Positions 9,664 through 19,839 of a stretch of DNA of 64,000 nt are shown here, in pieces. This DNA comes from Candidatus Kapaibacterium sp. (GTDB lineage Bacteria; Bacteroidota; Ignavibacteria; Palsa-1295). The position numbers were made by a program, and so were the translations under genes. Below the pieces are notes generated by a model, which worked only from the letters and a program-made list of their open reading frames with translations, had not been told where the DNA came from and made no database searches. Numbering within the stretch: position 1 is the first letter of the stretch; the number at the start of each line of letters is the position of its first letter. The stretch is from NCBI GenBank assembly GCA_046590205.1, contig JBKJTT010000037.1, positions 5,888 to 69,887 on the forward strand, in the 5' to 3' direction.

Positions 9664-10095
9664 ATGTTCGCAATACAACGAAACCCACTTTTTCCACAGG
9701 TCATGAAAGACTTCGATTGGTTCTTCAATGACCAAAACCGCCCGACTGGCGGCTCACTCGTTCCGAGAGTTAACATCTCCGAAGATACCAACAGCATCTA
9801 TATTCATGCCGAGCTTCCCGGCTTGAGCCAAGAAGACGTAAAAGTATCCGTTACTGACGGCATCCTCACGCTTCGCGGTGAGAAGAAGAAGGAAGTTAAG
9901 CATGAGGAGCGTAACTACCACCGCATCGAACGCCGGTACGGCGAGTTTGTGCGCCAGTTCACGCTGCCGGAGAACGTAACCCTCGAAGGGATTAAAGCAG
10001 ACTTTAAGAACGGCGTCTTAGAGGTAACCTTACCGAAGGCAACCCCCGAAGCCCCAAAAGAGCGCGAGATTCCGATCAATGTCAGCTTGAATTAA
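9664..10095 (+). CDS. Hsp20/alpha-crystallin small heat-shock protein
   Basis: PRVNISE, AELPG, ERRYGEFVRQFTLP, ADFKNGVLEVTLPK. Confidence 0.95.
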   Translation: MFAIQRNPLFPQVMKDFDWFFNDQNRPTGGSLVPRVNISEDTNSIYIHAELPGLSQEDVKVSVTDGILTLRGEKKKEVKHEERNYHRIERRYGEFVRQFTLPENVTLEGIKADFKNGVLEVTLPKATPEAPKEREIPINVSLN

Positions 10096-10117
10096 GCTAA
10101 CTCAGACAGTTGAGATA

Positions 10118-10150
10118 GAAGGGACGTGCCGAAAAACGGTATGTCCCTTT
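10118..10150 (+). terminator. Hairpin downstream of hsp20
   Basis: aagggacgtgccg aaaaa cggtatgtccctt followed by a short T run. Confidence 0.5.
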
Positions 10151-10206
10151 CAGAGCATAAAAAAGCGGTATTTTTGCAGTCCGTAATTCAAACAAATAAT
10201 AGAAAT

Positions 10207-10314
10207 ATGTTCGTAAAAATACTAATGCTCGTAATCATCGCTTTGACAGCACTTATGATGCTCGCTACAATCGTTACCCGCGGACCGAAGAAGAAATACG
10301 ATTCGGTCAATTGA
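10207..10314 (+). CDS. Small single-pass membrane peptide (35 aa)
   Basis: MFVKILMLVIIALTALMMLATIVTRGPKKKYDSVN; TATTTTTG promoter-like box at 10169-10176. Confidence 0.5.
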   Translation: MFVKILMLVIIALTALMMLATIVTRGPKKKYDSVN

Positions 10315-10374
10315 GTGGGTAGTGGTCAGTGACCAGTGGTTAGTGGCTAGTTGAAATGCAGTGACACCTATGCG

Positions 10375-10491
10375 TGTCATTGCGAGGAACGACCGAAGGG
10401 AGTGACGAAGCAATCTAAACTTTTCCGGATGTAGGCAACATCCGAGATTTTAGATTGCTTCGTCGGGCTAAAGCCGCTCCTCGCAATGACA
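10375..10491. repeat. GTCATTGCGAG...GCAATC / GATTGC...CTCGCAATGAC palindromic repeat element
   Basis: Long terminal inverted repeat tgtcattgcgagga / tcctcgcaatgaca with inner acgaagcaatctaaa / tttagattgcttcgt; half copy at about 40179-40216. Confidence 0.8.
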
Positions 10492-10551
10492 GGCTTTTGA
10501 GTAGTCCTCAAAATGAAATAAAGTTTTTTAAAATGAATTAAATAAATACAA

Positions 10552-12444
10552 ATGAGTAAAATAATAGGAATTGACTTAGGCACAACGAACTCCTGCGTTT
10601 CCGTGATGGAAGGTACGCAGCCAGTCGTTATTGCCAGCGCCGAAGGGGCGCGCACAACACCATCTATCGTGGCTTTCACGAAATCGGGTGAACGCCTCGT
10701 CGGTCAGGCAGCGAAGCGTCAGGCGGTAACGAATCCGCAAAACACAGTATATTCCATCAAACGTTTTATGGGTCGCCGCGCTGATGAAGTAAGCGAAGAG
10801 CAGAAGCTCGTTCCATATAAAGTAGTCGCAGGTGAAGGTAACTCCGCTCGCGTTGATATAAACGGTAAAATATATTCTCCGCCGGAAATCTCTGCAATGA
10901 TCTTGCAGAAGATGAAGCAGACGGCAGAAGATTATCTTGGGCAGAAAGTAACCGAAGCAGTTATCACTGTCCCTGCATATTTCAATGATGCACAGCGTCA
11001 GGCAACGAAGGATGCTGGTGAGATCGCCGGACTTACCGTCCGCCGTATCATCAACGAACCAACAGCTGCGGCACTTGCCTACGGTCTTGATAAAAAAGGC
11101 ATCAACGAGAAAGTCGTAGTCTATGACTTCGGCGGTGGTACGTTCGACGTATCGATCCTCGAACTTGCAGAAGGTGTTTTTGAAGTAAAATCAACCGACG
11201 GTGATACACATCTTGGCGGTGATAACATTGACTCACGTCTTGTCGAGTACTTGGCTGATGAGTTCGTGAAGTCAGACGGCGTTGATCTTCGCAAAGACCC
11301 GATGGCACTTCAACGTTTGAAGGAAGCCGGCGAGAAAGCAAAGATCGAGCTTTCGCAGTTGATGCAGACGGAGATTAACCTCCCCTTCATCACAGCAACT
11401 GCTGACGGACCCAAGCACATGAACCTCACGTTCACTCGTGCGAAGTTTGAGCAGCTCTGCGAGGATATCTTCCAGCGCACTATCGAGCCATGCAAACGCG
11501 CAATGGCAAATGCGAAGGTTACACCGAGCGACATCGATGAAGTTATTCTTGTCGGTGGTTCGACACGTATCCCGAAAGTACAGGAGCTTGTTCGCAACTT
11601 CTTCGGCAAAGAGCCGAACAAAGGTGTGAATCCGGATGAAGTTGTTGCAGTCGGTGCAGCTATTCAGGGTGCTGTACTCACAGGCGAAGTGAAGGATGTT
11701 CTTCTTCTCGACGTAACTCCGCTTACACTCTCTATCGAGACACTCGGTGGTGTTGCAACGGCGATGATTCAGTCGAACACAACGATCCCGACTCGCAAGA
11801 GCGAGACATTCTCGACTGCTTCGGATAACCAACCGTCTGTTGAGATACATATCTTGCAGGGTGAACGTCCGATGGCAAATGATAATAAGTCGCTCGGCAG
11901 ATTCCATCTCGATGGCATCCCGCCTGCACCGCGCGGCGTACCGCAAGTTGAAGTTACCTTCGATATTGATGCGAATGGTCTCTTGAACGTAAGCGCGAAA
12001 GATAAAGCATCGGGTAAAGAACAATCTATCCGCATTACATCATCAGGTGGTCTCTCGAAAGAAGATATCGCAAAGATGAAGTCAGATGCAGATGCGAATA
12101 AAGCTGATGACTTGAAGCGTAAGGAGCAAGTGGATCTACGCAATCAAGGCGACCAGCTTGTCTTTACCTCACGCAAGCAGCTTGATGAGTTAAAAGATAA
12201 ACTCAAACCCGAAGCGCAGGAAAAGATAAACGGCGCAGTGGGTGAACTTGAGAATGCACTCAAAGGCACAGACACAGCAGTTATCAAGACAGCTATCGAT
12301 GTACTTAATAAGGTCTGGAGCGAAGCATCAACAGAGATGTATAAAAACGCCGAAGCCCCACCACAACAAGGCGCATCCACCGGCGGTGAAGAGCCAAAAG
12401 TAGAAAACGCCGAGTACACGGTGATGGATGATGAGAAGAAATAA
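10552..12444 (+). CDS. dnaK: Molecular chaperone DnaK
   Basis: [34 protein letters not shown]. Confidence 0.99.
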   Translation: MSKIIGIDLGTTNSCVSVMEGTQPVVIASAEGARTTPSIVAFTKSGERLVGQAAKRQAVTNPQNTVYSIKRFMGRRADEVSEEQKLVPYKVVAGEGNSARVDINGKIYSPPEISAMILQKMKQTAEDYLGQKVTEAVITVPAYFNDAQRQATKDAGEIAGLTVRRIINEPTAAALAYGLDKKGINEKVVVYDFGGGTFDVSILELAEGVFEVKSTDGDTHLGGDNIDSRLVEYLADEFVKSDGVDLRKDPMALQRLKEAGEKAKIELSQLMQTEINLPFITATADGPKHMNLTFTRAKFEQLCEDIFQRTIEPCKRAMANAKVTPSDIDEVILVGGSTRIPKVQELVRNFFGKEPNKGVNPDEVVAVGAAIQGAVLTGEVKDVLLLDVTPLTLSIETLGGVATAMIQSNTTIPTRKSETFSTASDNQPSVEIHILQGERPMANDNKSLGRFHLDGIPPAPRGVPQVEVTFDIDANGLLNVSAKDKASGKEQSIRITSSGGLSKEDIAKMKSDADANKADDLKRKEQVDLRNQGDQLVFTSRKQLDELKDKLKPEAQEKINGAVGELENALKGTDTAVIKTAIDVLNKVWSEASTEMYKNAEAPPQQGASTGGEEPKVENAEYTVMDDEKK

Positions 12445-12468
12445 GCATTGCTAATTTCGTATCTTTGT

Positions 12469-12500
12469 AGAGGGTAGTTCATAACTACCCTCTTTTATTT
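12469..12500 (+). terminator. Intrinsic terminator-like hairpin after dnaK
   Basis: agagggtagtt cat aactaccctct followed by tttattt. Confidence 0.7.
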
Positions 12501-13235
12501 ATGGCAAACACGCTTGTATTTGATATAGAAACTGTCCCGCTCAACTTCGACGAATCATTCGATGACGTGCAGAAGGAATACCTCCTACGAGGACTTGACA
12601 CCGAGGAAAAGATAGAAAACCAGAAAGGTCTCGGCGGACTCAATCCCCTACTCGGGCAAGTTGTCTGCATCGGTATCTATCTGACAGAGCAGAAGCGCGG
12701 CTTCGGACTTTATCTAGGAGATGATGACATTGAAGAAATTATCGAGCTTGACGATATGAAGATAAAGTACAAAACCTTCATGGATGAAGGCGAGATGCTC
12801 GAGCACTTCTGGAAAGGTCTCACTGCCGATAACTATTCTGCGTATGTCAGCTTCAACGGTCGCGGGTTTGACTGCCCGTTCCTTATGCTCCGCTCTGCGG
12901 CACTTGGCATTCGTCCGAGTGTAAACCTCATGGGCGGCACTCGGTGGAAGTTCACCGTCGGCGGTAACAACCGCGAGGTTGAGCATATTGATCTCCTTGA
13001 TAAGTTAACCTACAGCTCCGGCTTTGATAAAGCAGGCGCAACACGCAAATTCAATCTTGATTTTTATACGAAGGTATTTGGTGTACCCTCGCCAAAGTCT
13101 GGTGGCATCACCGGACATGAAGTCCCACAGTTTTATGCTGAAGGCAGAATGCGTGAGATAGTGGAGTACTGCTTACGCGATGTCCGCTCGACAAGTGACC
13201 TTTACGAGAAATGGTGCGAGCTTTTGAAGTTCTAG
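12501..13235 (+). CDS. RNase H-like 3'-5' exonuclease (PolB-type exonuclease domain)
   Basis: VFDIET (Exo I), FNGRGFDCPFL (Exo II), YCLRDV (Exo III). Confidence 0.85.
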   Translation: MANTLVFDIETVPLNFDESFDDVQKEYLLRGLDTEEKIENQKGLGGLNPLLGQVVCIGIYLTEQKRGFGLYLGDDDIEEIIELDDMKIKYKTFMDEGEMLEHFWKGLTADNYSAYVSFNGRGFDCPFLMLRSAALGIRPSVNLMGGTRWKFTVGGNNREVEHIDLLDKLTYSSGFDKAGATRKFNLDFYTKVFGVPSPKSGGITGHEVPQFYAEGRMREIVEYCLRDVRSTSDLYEKWCELLKF

Positions 13236-13318
13236 TTGTTTTAAAATTATAGGGTAATGATTTATGACCAAATTGTTGGGCTAATTATGGTGTCTTATGT
13301 ATATACTAGTCAATACAT

Positions 13319-13990
13319 ATGAAGACTAACTACATATCCAATCTTTTACAGATATCCCTAATTCTTATAGGTTTATCTAGCTGTGTAACGACTTCAGATA
13401 ATACTCAGCCATTTGCCATTGACACCGCAAACTTACATAGTTTTAAGAAAATAGATTTTTCATTTTCTGCTTCTGCGGTCAGCCAACATCAGTTTGTCAC
13501 CCCAATACAGTTGGACACATCTGTTCTAACCATATTTCTCAACACGGATGGCAAGGGAGATTGTTTTTGGACCGACTCAAACAGTGCCATTATATTCCGG
13601 AATGATACGAGTTACTATCGTGGTTCTGAAATCCTTGCTCAACGAGACTTTGTAAGTCTTTATCCCTCCAAAAATGGGACTACAATAGATTCAGGATGCT
13701 ATACCTTCCATCTTGCTAGTGAATTTGTTTCACAACATTATCATGAATTTAAAGACCGTGGGATTTTATTCAAATTTCGCTCTCTAAAGTTAGTATCAAT
13801 GGACAGCACAACAGCACTGTACTCAGCATTCGGGGATGAATTGAGGGATATAATTAAAGATGTTCAAGATACAAGTTACGATAAATATACAAATTCTATG
13901 CGCCCCCCATTCAATGCAGATTACAAACTGACAACAATATTATGGGACAAAGTCCCTACGCCAAACCTCACTATTCGGTTAAGGAAATAA
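13319..13990 (+). CDS. Hypothetical lipoprotein (AT-rich)
   Basis: Lipobox LSSC after a hydrophobic stretch; no recognisable domain. Confidence 0.6.
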   Translation: MKTNYISNLLQISLILIGLSSCVTTSDNTQPFAIDTANLHSFKKIDFSFSASAVSQHQFVTPIQLDTSVLTIFLNTDGKGDCFWTDSNSAIIFRNDTSYYRGSEILAQRDFVSLYPSKNGTTIDSGCYTFHLASEFVSQHYHEFKDRGILFKFRSLKLVSMDSTTALYSAFGDELRDIIKDVQDTSYDKYTNSMRPPFNADYKLTTILWDKVPTPNLTIRLRK

Positions 13991-14115
13991 ATTTGTTTCT
14001 ACCAGATACAGCTTCAACACGGCTTATCCTTAAAAGCAATAAAATTTTCTATTACGATTTAGGACTTCTTTATATGGGTTTGTGTTACCCTTATGAATTT
14101 TTGCAATAACTTTCT

Positions 14116-15360
14116 ATCAAATACCCATTTTACATAGCAAACCGCTACCTCCGCTCACGCAAGGATAACTCGTCGAAGACGGGGCGACGTTTCGTCTCCT
14201 TCGTTACGTGGATCTCTATAGGCGGCGTAGCTCTTGGCACAGCAACGCTCATCGTTGCGCTCTCTATCCTTGCAGGGTTCGAGAAAACATTAACGAACAA
14301 TATCGTCGGCTACACTGCACATGCCGAACTACTTTCTTACAATGCAAAAGGTTTTCCTGACTACGAAAGCACGAGAGCATACCTCAAAAGCAATGTCACA
14401 GAAATAAACAAGCTCTCCCCTTTTGTTGCAAGTGAGATTGTTTTGCGTTCATCGAAAGGAATCACTGGGCTTATCCTTAAAGGCGTTGAGCCGAATGATT
14501 CACTTGCTGTCGCTCTTCGGAAAATCGTTAAAGGAACTGCTGTAAGTTCGCAAGGCGATACGTTACCGCCGATAATTATATCAAGCGGCATTGCAAAAGA
14601 GCTTGGCACAGATGTCGGGAAATCAGTCATCGCATTTCGTTTTCATCAAGGGATGAAATCACGCGAAGACCTGCTTGAGAACTTGCATAAGTTCAGAGTC
14701 GTCGGTATTTATGAAACAGGCATGACGGAGTATGACAATACTCTTGCCTATACAACGCTTGCAAGCGCGCAGGACTTTTTGCATTACACACCAAAGCGAG
14801 CAACGGGGTTTTCTGTTCTTGGCAATGACATCAACGGCTCACGTGAACTCACCGAAAAGATAAATCGTACCCTCCGCTATCCTTACTACGCGACGAGCGT
14901 CTATGATATTTATCAGACCATCTTTGCATGGATTGAGCTCCAAAAGAAACCGATACCGATAGTTCTCGGGCTTATCATTATTGTAGCTGCATTTAATATT
15001 ATCTCGACGCTTCTTATTATGGTCATCGAGAAGACGCGCTCTGTTGGAGTCTTGAAGACCATCGGTGCATCGAATACAGGTGTAGCACAGATATTTCTGA
15101 CCGAAGGACTTGCTATCTCTCTCGTCGGTGTAATCGTCGGTAATGCACTTGGCTTTGTTATTTGTTTTATTCAAGAACATTACCAAGTCTTCAAACTTAA
15201 GAGCGATATTTATTTTATGTCAAGCGTACCAATCTCAATCGAGTGGCAGCACTATGCTATTGTCTCCGGGATAACTATTATAATCTCGCTTGCAGCGACG
15301 CTCATCCCGGCGCGCATCGCAAGCCGCATCCTTCCACTCAAAGCATTGAAGTTCGGATGA
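14116..15360 (+). CDS. LolC/E-type (FtsX-family) ABC transporter permease; probable ATC start
   Basis: Frame open from 14110: (I)KYPFYIANRYLRSRK...FVSFVTWISIGGVALGTATLIVALSILAGFE; C-terminal AAFNIISTLLIMVIEK and PARIASRI. Confidence 0.85.
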   Translation: MKYPFYIANRYLRSRKDNSSKTGRRFVSFVTWISIGGVALGTATLIVALSILAGFEKTLTNNIVGYTAHAELLSYNAKGFPDYESTRAYLKSNVTEINKLSPFVASEIVLRSSKGITGLILKGVEPNDSLAVALRKIVKGTAVSSQGDTLPPIIISSGIAKELGTDVGKSVIAFRFHQGMKSREDLLENLHKFRVVGIYETGMTEYDNTLAYTTLASAQDFLHYTPKRATGFSVLGNDINGSRELTEKINRTLRYPYYATSVYDIYQTIFAWIELQKKPIPIVLGLIIIVAAFNIISTLLIMVIEKTRSVGVLKTIGASNTGVAQIFLTEGLAISLVGVIVGNALGFVICFIQEHYQVFKLKSDIYFMSSVPISIEWQHYAIVSGITIIISLAATLIPARIASRILPLKALKFG

Positions 15361-15761
15361 GCGTGATAAAAGTTGTGACGGGGCTTGTCATGCGTGAGGG
15401 TGCTGTCATGATGTGTCAACGCAGAGAAGATAAATATCTCGGTTTGCATTGGGAATTTCCAGGCGGAAAAGTTGAAGACGGCGAAACGCTCGAAGAAGCA
15501 TTACAACGTGAACTACGTGAAGAACTTGAGATAGAGGCGACAGAATATAGAGAGTGGTTTCAAGACGTGATGAGCTACTCCAACGGACATACCTACGACG
15601 TAACATTCTTTGTTATCAGTGGTTTTTCAGGGGAGCCCGTCAATACAGAATTCGCTGATATTATGTGGGTCACGCCGGAAGTAATACCGACGCTTCTTCA
15701 CCTTGCCGGCAATACGAACACGATAGCGAAGTTACAACTCGAAGGTTTTCCAACGAAGTGA
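15357..15761 (+). CDS. mutT: MutT-family NUDIX hydrolase (8-oxo-dGTPase-like)
   Basis: WEFPGGKVEDGETLEEALQRELREEL NUDIX box; ATGA overlap with the upstream gene. Confidence 0.8.
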   Translation: MSVIKVVTGLVMREGAVMMCQRREDKYLGLHWEFPGGKVEDGETLEEALQRELREELEIEATEYREWFQDVMSYSNGHTYDVTFFVISGFSGEPVNTEFADIMWVTPEVIPTLLHLAGNTNTIAKLQLEGFPTK

Positions 15762-16678
15762 AACTCAGTCTGACAGATAAAAAGCGGCTACTAAAAGCGC
15801 GGCGGACACTTCTTACATGGTTTGCGAAGAACGGACGTTCGTTCTTTTGGCGGCGCAAGGAGCGCGATCCGTATATAGTCCTCGTCGCAGAACTCATGCT
15901 TCAGCAAACACAAGCATCGCGAGTTGATGAATACTTGCCGAAATTCTTAGACCGCTTCCCTACTATCAATCATCTTGCAAAAGCAAATACATCTGATGTA
16001 ATAAAGATGTGGCAGGGACTTGGATATAATCGACGAGCATTAAACTTGCAAAAAGCAGCACAGCAAGTCATTAACGAACATCACGGCATCTTCCCTTCCG
16101 ATGAGAGGTCGTTACTCTCGCTCCCTGGTGTCGGGCTTTACACAGCACGAGCATTGCAAGCATTTTCATTCCGCATGGATGTATCGGTCGTAGATGTAAA
16201 TATAGAGCGAGTCATCTCACGGCTGACAAAGAAGATGAAATCGCCTTCGGATATGATTGCGATGAATGACGTTCATACGATTAACGAAGCTATCTTGCCG
16301 AAAGGTAAATCAGAGCAATGGCATGAAGCACTAATGGATCTTGGCGCAACAATATGCAAGAAGAATCCGAAGTGTGATATATGTCCTCTACAAAAGAATT
16401 GTGCATCGTACACTACTCTCTCAAAACATGAAGCGACAGCTACACCGAAGAAGTCAAATGAAAAGCAATACTTCGGCTCACCAAAACGTATCTGGCGTGG
16501 AAGAGTATTAAAACATATCTCATCAGCAGATAAAACCACAACTAAAGAAATTCTGAACGCAATCAAAAGCTACTCAACCGATTCAAAGGAATTTGAGGTA
16601 TTCATTGATGTAGTGATTGGCGACCTCATCAATGACGGATTTATTACAAAGAGCGGAAGGAGTATCTCACTTCGATGA
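15758..16678 (+). CDS. mutY: A/G-specific adenine glycosylase
   Basis: ELMLQQT, WQGLGYNRRA, LPGVGLYTA, VDVNIERV, Fe-S motif CKKNPKCDICPLQKNC; GTGA overlap. Confidence 0.9.
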   Translation: MKLSLTDKKRLLKARRTLLTWFAKNGRSFFWRRKERDPYIVLVAELMLQQTQASRVDEYLPKFLDRFPTINHLAKANTSDVIKMWQGLGYNRRALNLQKAAQQVINEHHGIFPSDERSLLSLPGVGLYTARALQAFSFRMDVSVVDVNIERVISRLTKKMKSPSDMIAMNDVHTINEAILPKGKSEQWHEALMDLGATICKKNPKCDICPLQKNCASYTTLSKHEATATPKKSNEKQYFGSPKRIWRGRVLKHISSADKTTTKEILNAIKSYSTDSKEFEVFIDVVIGDLINDGFITKSGRSISLR

Positions 16679-17298
16679 AACAACTTCCCGAACCGTGGCT
16701 GACTACCTACAAGGAACGTCGCGATGCAATTCATACCCGACTCGAAGATTTTCGCAATGTACCAAAGTCCGAGTACTTTTATGAGCTCATCTTTTGCATC
16801 CTCACGCCGCAATCGCATCAAAAAAATGCGGAGCAAGTCATTCAAAAGCTAAAGGCAGATAATTTCTTTGATGAAGGTTTCGATCCTACAAGCTATCTCC
16901 GCGACCCTCTACACTACATCCGCTTTCACAACGTAAAAGCAAAACGCTTGCTTGCTATCCGGCAGATATATCCTATAATAGAAACAACACTCTCCACTAT
17001 TACAGATTCATCAGCTCTTCGTGATACGATAGTAAATCTAGTACCTGGCTTTGGATTAAAAGAGGGTGCACACTTCTTACGCAACATCGGTCACCTCGAT
17101 AATGCCATCCTCGACCGCCATATCTTCAAACATTTGCTTCGACTTGAGGTGATTGACGAAATCCCGAAATCTCTTTCAGCAAAAACGTACTACGAAATTG
17201 AAAAGAAATGGAAGGTGTATGCGAAGGAGATAGGAATACCGATGGACGAGCTTGACCTGCTCTTTTGGAGTATGGAGACCGGTGAGATAAAAAAGTGA
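16675..17298 (+). CDS. ogg: 8-oxoguanine DNA glycosylase/AP lyase, OGG2 (archaeal/Thermotoga) type
   Basis: ELIFCILTPQS, IRFHNVKA, GFGLKEGAHFLRNIG, AILDRH, LDLLFWSMETGEIKK with a C-terminal Lys. Confidence 0.88.
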   Translation: MKQLPEPWLTTYKERRDAIHTRLEDFRNVPKSEYFYELIFCILTPQSHQKNAEQVIQKLKADNFFDEGFDPTSYLRDPLHYIRFHNVKAKRLLAIRQIYPIIETTLSTITDSSALRDTIVNLVPGFGLKEGAHFLRNIGHLDNAILDRHIFKHLLRLEVIDEIPKSLSAKTYYEIEKKWKVYAKEIGIPMDELDLLFWSMETGEIKK

Positions 17299-17333
17299 GG
17301 AGTCCGCATCCGCGAACTCCCCACACGTAATAA

Positions 17334-18614
17334 TTACATAGACTTCAAGAATTCTTTGTTGCTTCTTGTGCCACGCATTTTCTCCAAGAGGAATTCCATC
17401 GCCTCGACAGGATTCATCTCCGCAAGTATCTTGCGTAGGATATAAATACGGTTAAGATCATCTGCCGAAAGAAGAAGCTCTTCTTTGCGTGTACCCGATG
17501 TGAGTACGTTGATCGCAGGGAAGATACGGCGGTCAGAGAGTTTGCGCTCTAGCACAATTTCCATATTGCCTGTACCCTTAAACTCTTCAAAGATAACTTC
17601 GTCCATACGTGAACCAGTATCAATGAGAGCTGTTGCAATGATTGTCAGCGAGCCGCCTTCTTCGATGTTACGCGCTGCGCCAAAGAAACGCTTCGGCTTA
17701 TGAAGTGCATTCGCATCAACACCACCCGAAAGAATCTTTCCTGAATGAGGAATGACAGTATTATGTGCACGAGCAAGACGAGTAATAGAATCAAGCAGAA
17801 TTACTACATCATGCTTTGCTTCGGTCAAGCGCTTTGCTTTTTCGATAGCCATATCAGCAACCTGTACGTGACGCTCCGGTGGTTCGTCGAATGTCGAGGC
17901 AATAACCTCGGCACGTACCGAACGCTGCATATCAGTCACTTCTTCAGGACGTTCGTCAATAAGTAGAACAATAAGTTTTACTTCTGGATGATTACGAGCT
18001 ATCGAGTTCGCAATTTTCTGGAGGATAACTGTCTTACCTGATTTCGGCTGCGCTACGATAAGTCCGCGCTGACCTTTACCAATCGGGCTGACAATATCCA
18101 TGATACGCATCGAGTACTCGCCGGGCGATGTCTCAAGTACGAGATGCTTGTTCGCATAAAGCGGTGTAAGATTATCGAAGAGAGCACGGTCGCGTGTTGT
18201 CTCTGATGGAAGATAATTAACTCTGTCAACTCGTGTGAGTGCAAAGAAACGCTCCGAATCTTTCGGCGGACGAACCGCACCTTCGACCGTATCACCTGTG
18301 CGAAGATTAAATTTCTTTACTTGCGAAGGAGATACGTAAATATCGTCGGGAGATGGGAGGTAGTTATAATCGGGAGAGCGAAGGAAGCCGAAACCATCAG
18401 GAAGCAGTTCAAGGACACCGGAGGCGAGATTCACATTGTCTTCGTCGCGTCCGTTCTGTCCGCGCTTTGTCAGCGCTTCTGCTTCGAGGATTCGGAAGAT
18501 GAGGTCTTGCTTGCGGAGCTCCTGAAAGCCGTCGATGCCGAGCTTTTTGGCAATATCATTAAGCTCGACGATCTTCTTCGCTTTTAAATCATTGGCATTA
18601 TAGAGTGTAGCCAT
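17334..18614 (-). CDS. rho: Transcription termination factor Rho
   Basis: [54 protein letters not shown]. Confidence 0.99.
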   Translation of the reverse strand: MATLYNANDLKAKKIVELNDIAKKLGIDGFQELRKQDLIFRILEAEALTKRGQNGRDEDNVNLASGVLELLPDGFGFLRSPDYNYLPSPDDIYVSPSQVKKFNLRTGDTVEGAVRPPKDSERFFALTRVDRVNYLPSETTRDRALFDNLTPLYANKHLVLETSPGEYSMRIMDIVSPIGKGQRGLIVAQPKSGKTVILQKIANSIARNHPEVKLIVLLIDERPEEVTDMQRSVRAEVIASTFDEPPERHVQVADMAIEKAKRLTEAKHDVVILLDSITRLARAHNTVIPHSGKILSGGVDANALHKPKRFFGAARNIEEGGSLTIIATALIDTGSRMDEVIFEEFKGTGNMEIVLERKLSDRRIFPAINVLTSGTRKEELLLSADDLNRIYILRKILAEMNPVEAMEFLLEKMRGTRSNKEFLKSM

Positions 18615-18863
18615 TCGTGGTTGTTAACGTTCGGTAAAAAAAGTGAAATAACAGTGAAAATAAAGGCAGTCCTCGTTTAGATTCGGGCTTTACGTGGAAG
18701 TAAATAATTGATCCTTCTAAAGGAAAAAACCGAAACGCCCAATCGTTGAAATATGCGGGATGTGCCTGTAAGGTTCTGCAAATATACGGAATATATTTGT
18801 CAGATGCAAATCTAAAACGAAAATGCTGGCATACCAGTTGCAGAAATATACCATAAAAAATCC

Positions 18864-18974
18864 CCCTCCGCAAACGCGGAGGGTTTACGACTCTTGTTTC
18901 CCCTCCACAAATGTGGAGAGGGTTAGGGGGTTGCACTCTTGCTCCCTTCTCCCTTGCAGGGAGAAGGGCTGGGG
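18864..18974. repeat. Cluster of three C-rich/G-rich hairpins (REP-like) upstream of rho
   Basis: ccctccgc aaac gcggaggg; cccctccac aaat gtggagaggg; cccttctccct tgc agggagaaggg. Confidence 0.6.
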
Positions 18975-19091
18975 TCGAAGATTCGCCGTGACGAGGTGGC
19001 TCTTTGAATCTGAAATTTCTTTGTCTATACTACCTGAACTTATATCTCGTTAAGCGGCGTTCTTTTACGTCTTCATAATGTACGTATATCA

Positions 19092-19733
19092 ATGAGATCA
19101 TCTACCCTATCACTTCTTGCTCTTGCATCTCTATTCATCTTTTCTGCTTGCGTTGATGAAACGATCGATGCTTGGGATTATACCATCAAACAGGTATTCC
19201 CTGTAAAAGTTGGTTCAAAGTGGGAGCTGAAGCAAACTGATTATGATATTACAAGAGATGAGATCATAAGCATTGATACAACAGAGATCCGTATCGAAAG
19301 CGACACCACTTACTATGGTAAGCCTGCATACTATGCTTTTACGTTTGATGATCATCGCGCTCTCTTTTACTCAAATGACGACCTTCAGATAGGAATTTTT
19401 GGGTTCAACGTCAGTGCATCATTCTCCTTTCTGCGTTACCCCATGGCTGACGGGGAAATATATGTCATCTCTGATACTACCTACCCTGATCATTTTCGCG
19501 AACGGACTACATTACGCATACTATCTAGAAACGAGAAAGTAACAGTACCTGCCGGTACTTTTGACTGTGTCAAATATGAACGACTAATAATCGGCGGGCT
19601 TGTCGATGCTTTTGATACTACGAGCACTAGCCATATTTATCTTGCCCCTTTTACGGGCTATATTAAGGAAAATGTATTGTCACATTCGGGAAAGTTAATC
19701 AGAACCTATGAACTTATCAAATATACTAAGTAA
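19092..19733 (+). CDS. Hypothetical lipoprotein
   Basis: Lipobox FSAC; FPVKVGSKW and VTVPAGTFDCVK motifs, similar to 29502-30098. Confidence 0.7.
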   Translation: MRSSTLSLLALASLFIFSACVDETIDAWDYTIKQVFPVKVGSKWELKQTDYDITRDEIISIDTTEIRIESDTTYYGKPAYYAFTFDDHRALFYSNDDLQIGIFGFNVSASFSFLRYPMADGEIYVISDTTYPDHFRERTTLRILSRNEKVTVPAGTFDCVKYERLIIGGLVDAFDTTSTSHIYLAPFTGYIKENVLSHSGKLIRTYELIKYTK

Positions 19734-19839
19734 AAATAAAATTAAATCGTATATCTACTTAAATATCAATTAGTTAGCCCAAGCAACACCCTGAAGCATT
19801 TGGATTTCGCCAAATCTTTTCGTATATTTGTGGATAATT

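Noticed and set aside
10222-10679. Minus-strand ORFs containing VIARS.../LRHSLRS...
   Set aside because: Translations of the palindromic repeat and the dnaK antisense strand.
11102-12482. Several minus-strand ORFs (up to 250 aa) opposite dnaK
   Set aside because: Common antisense open frames arising from dnaK codon usage.
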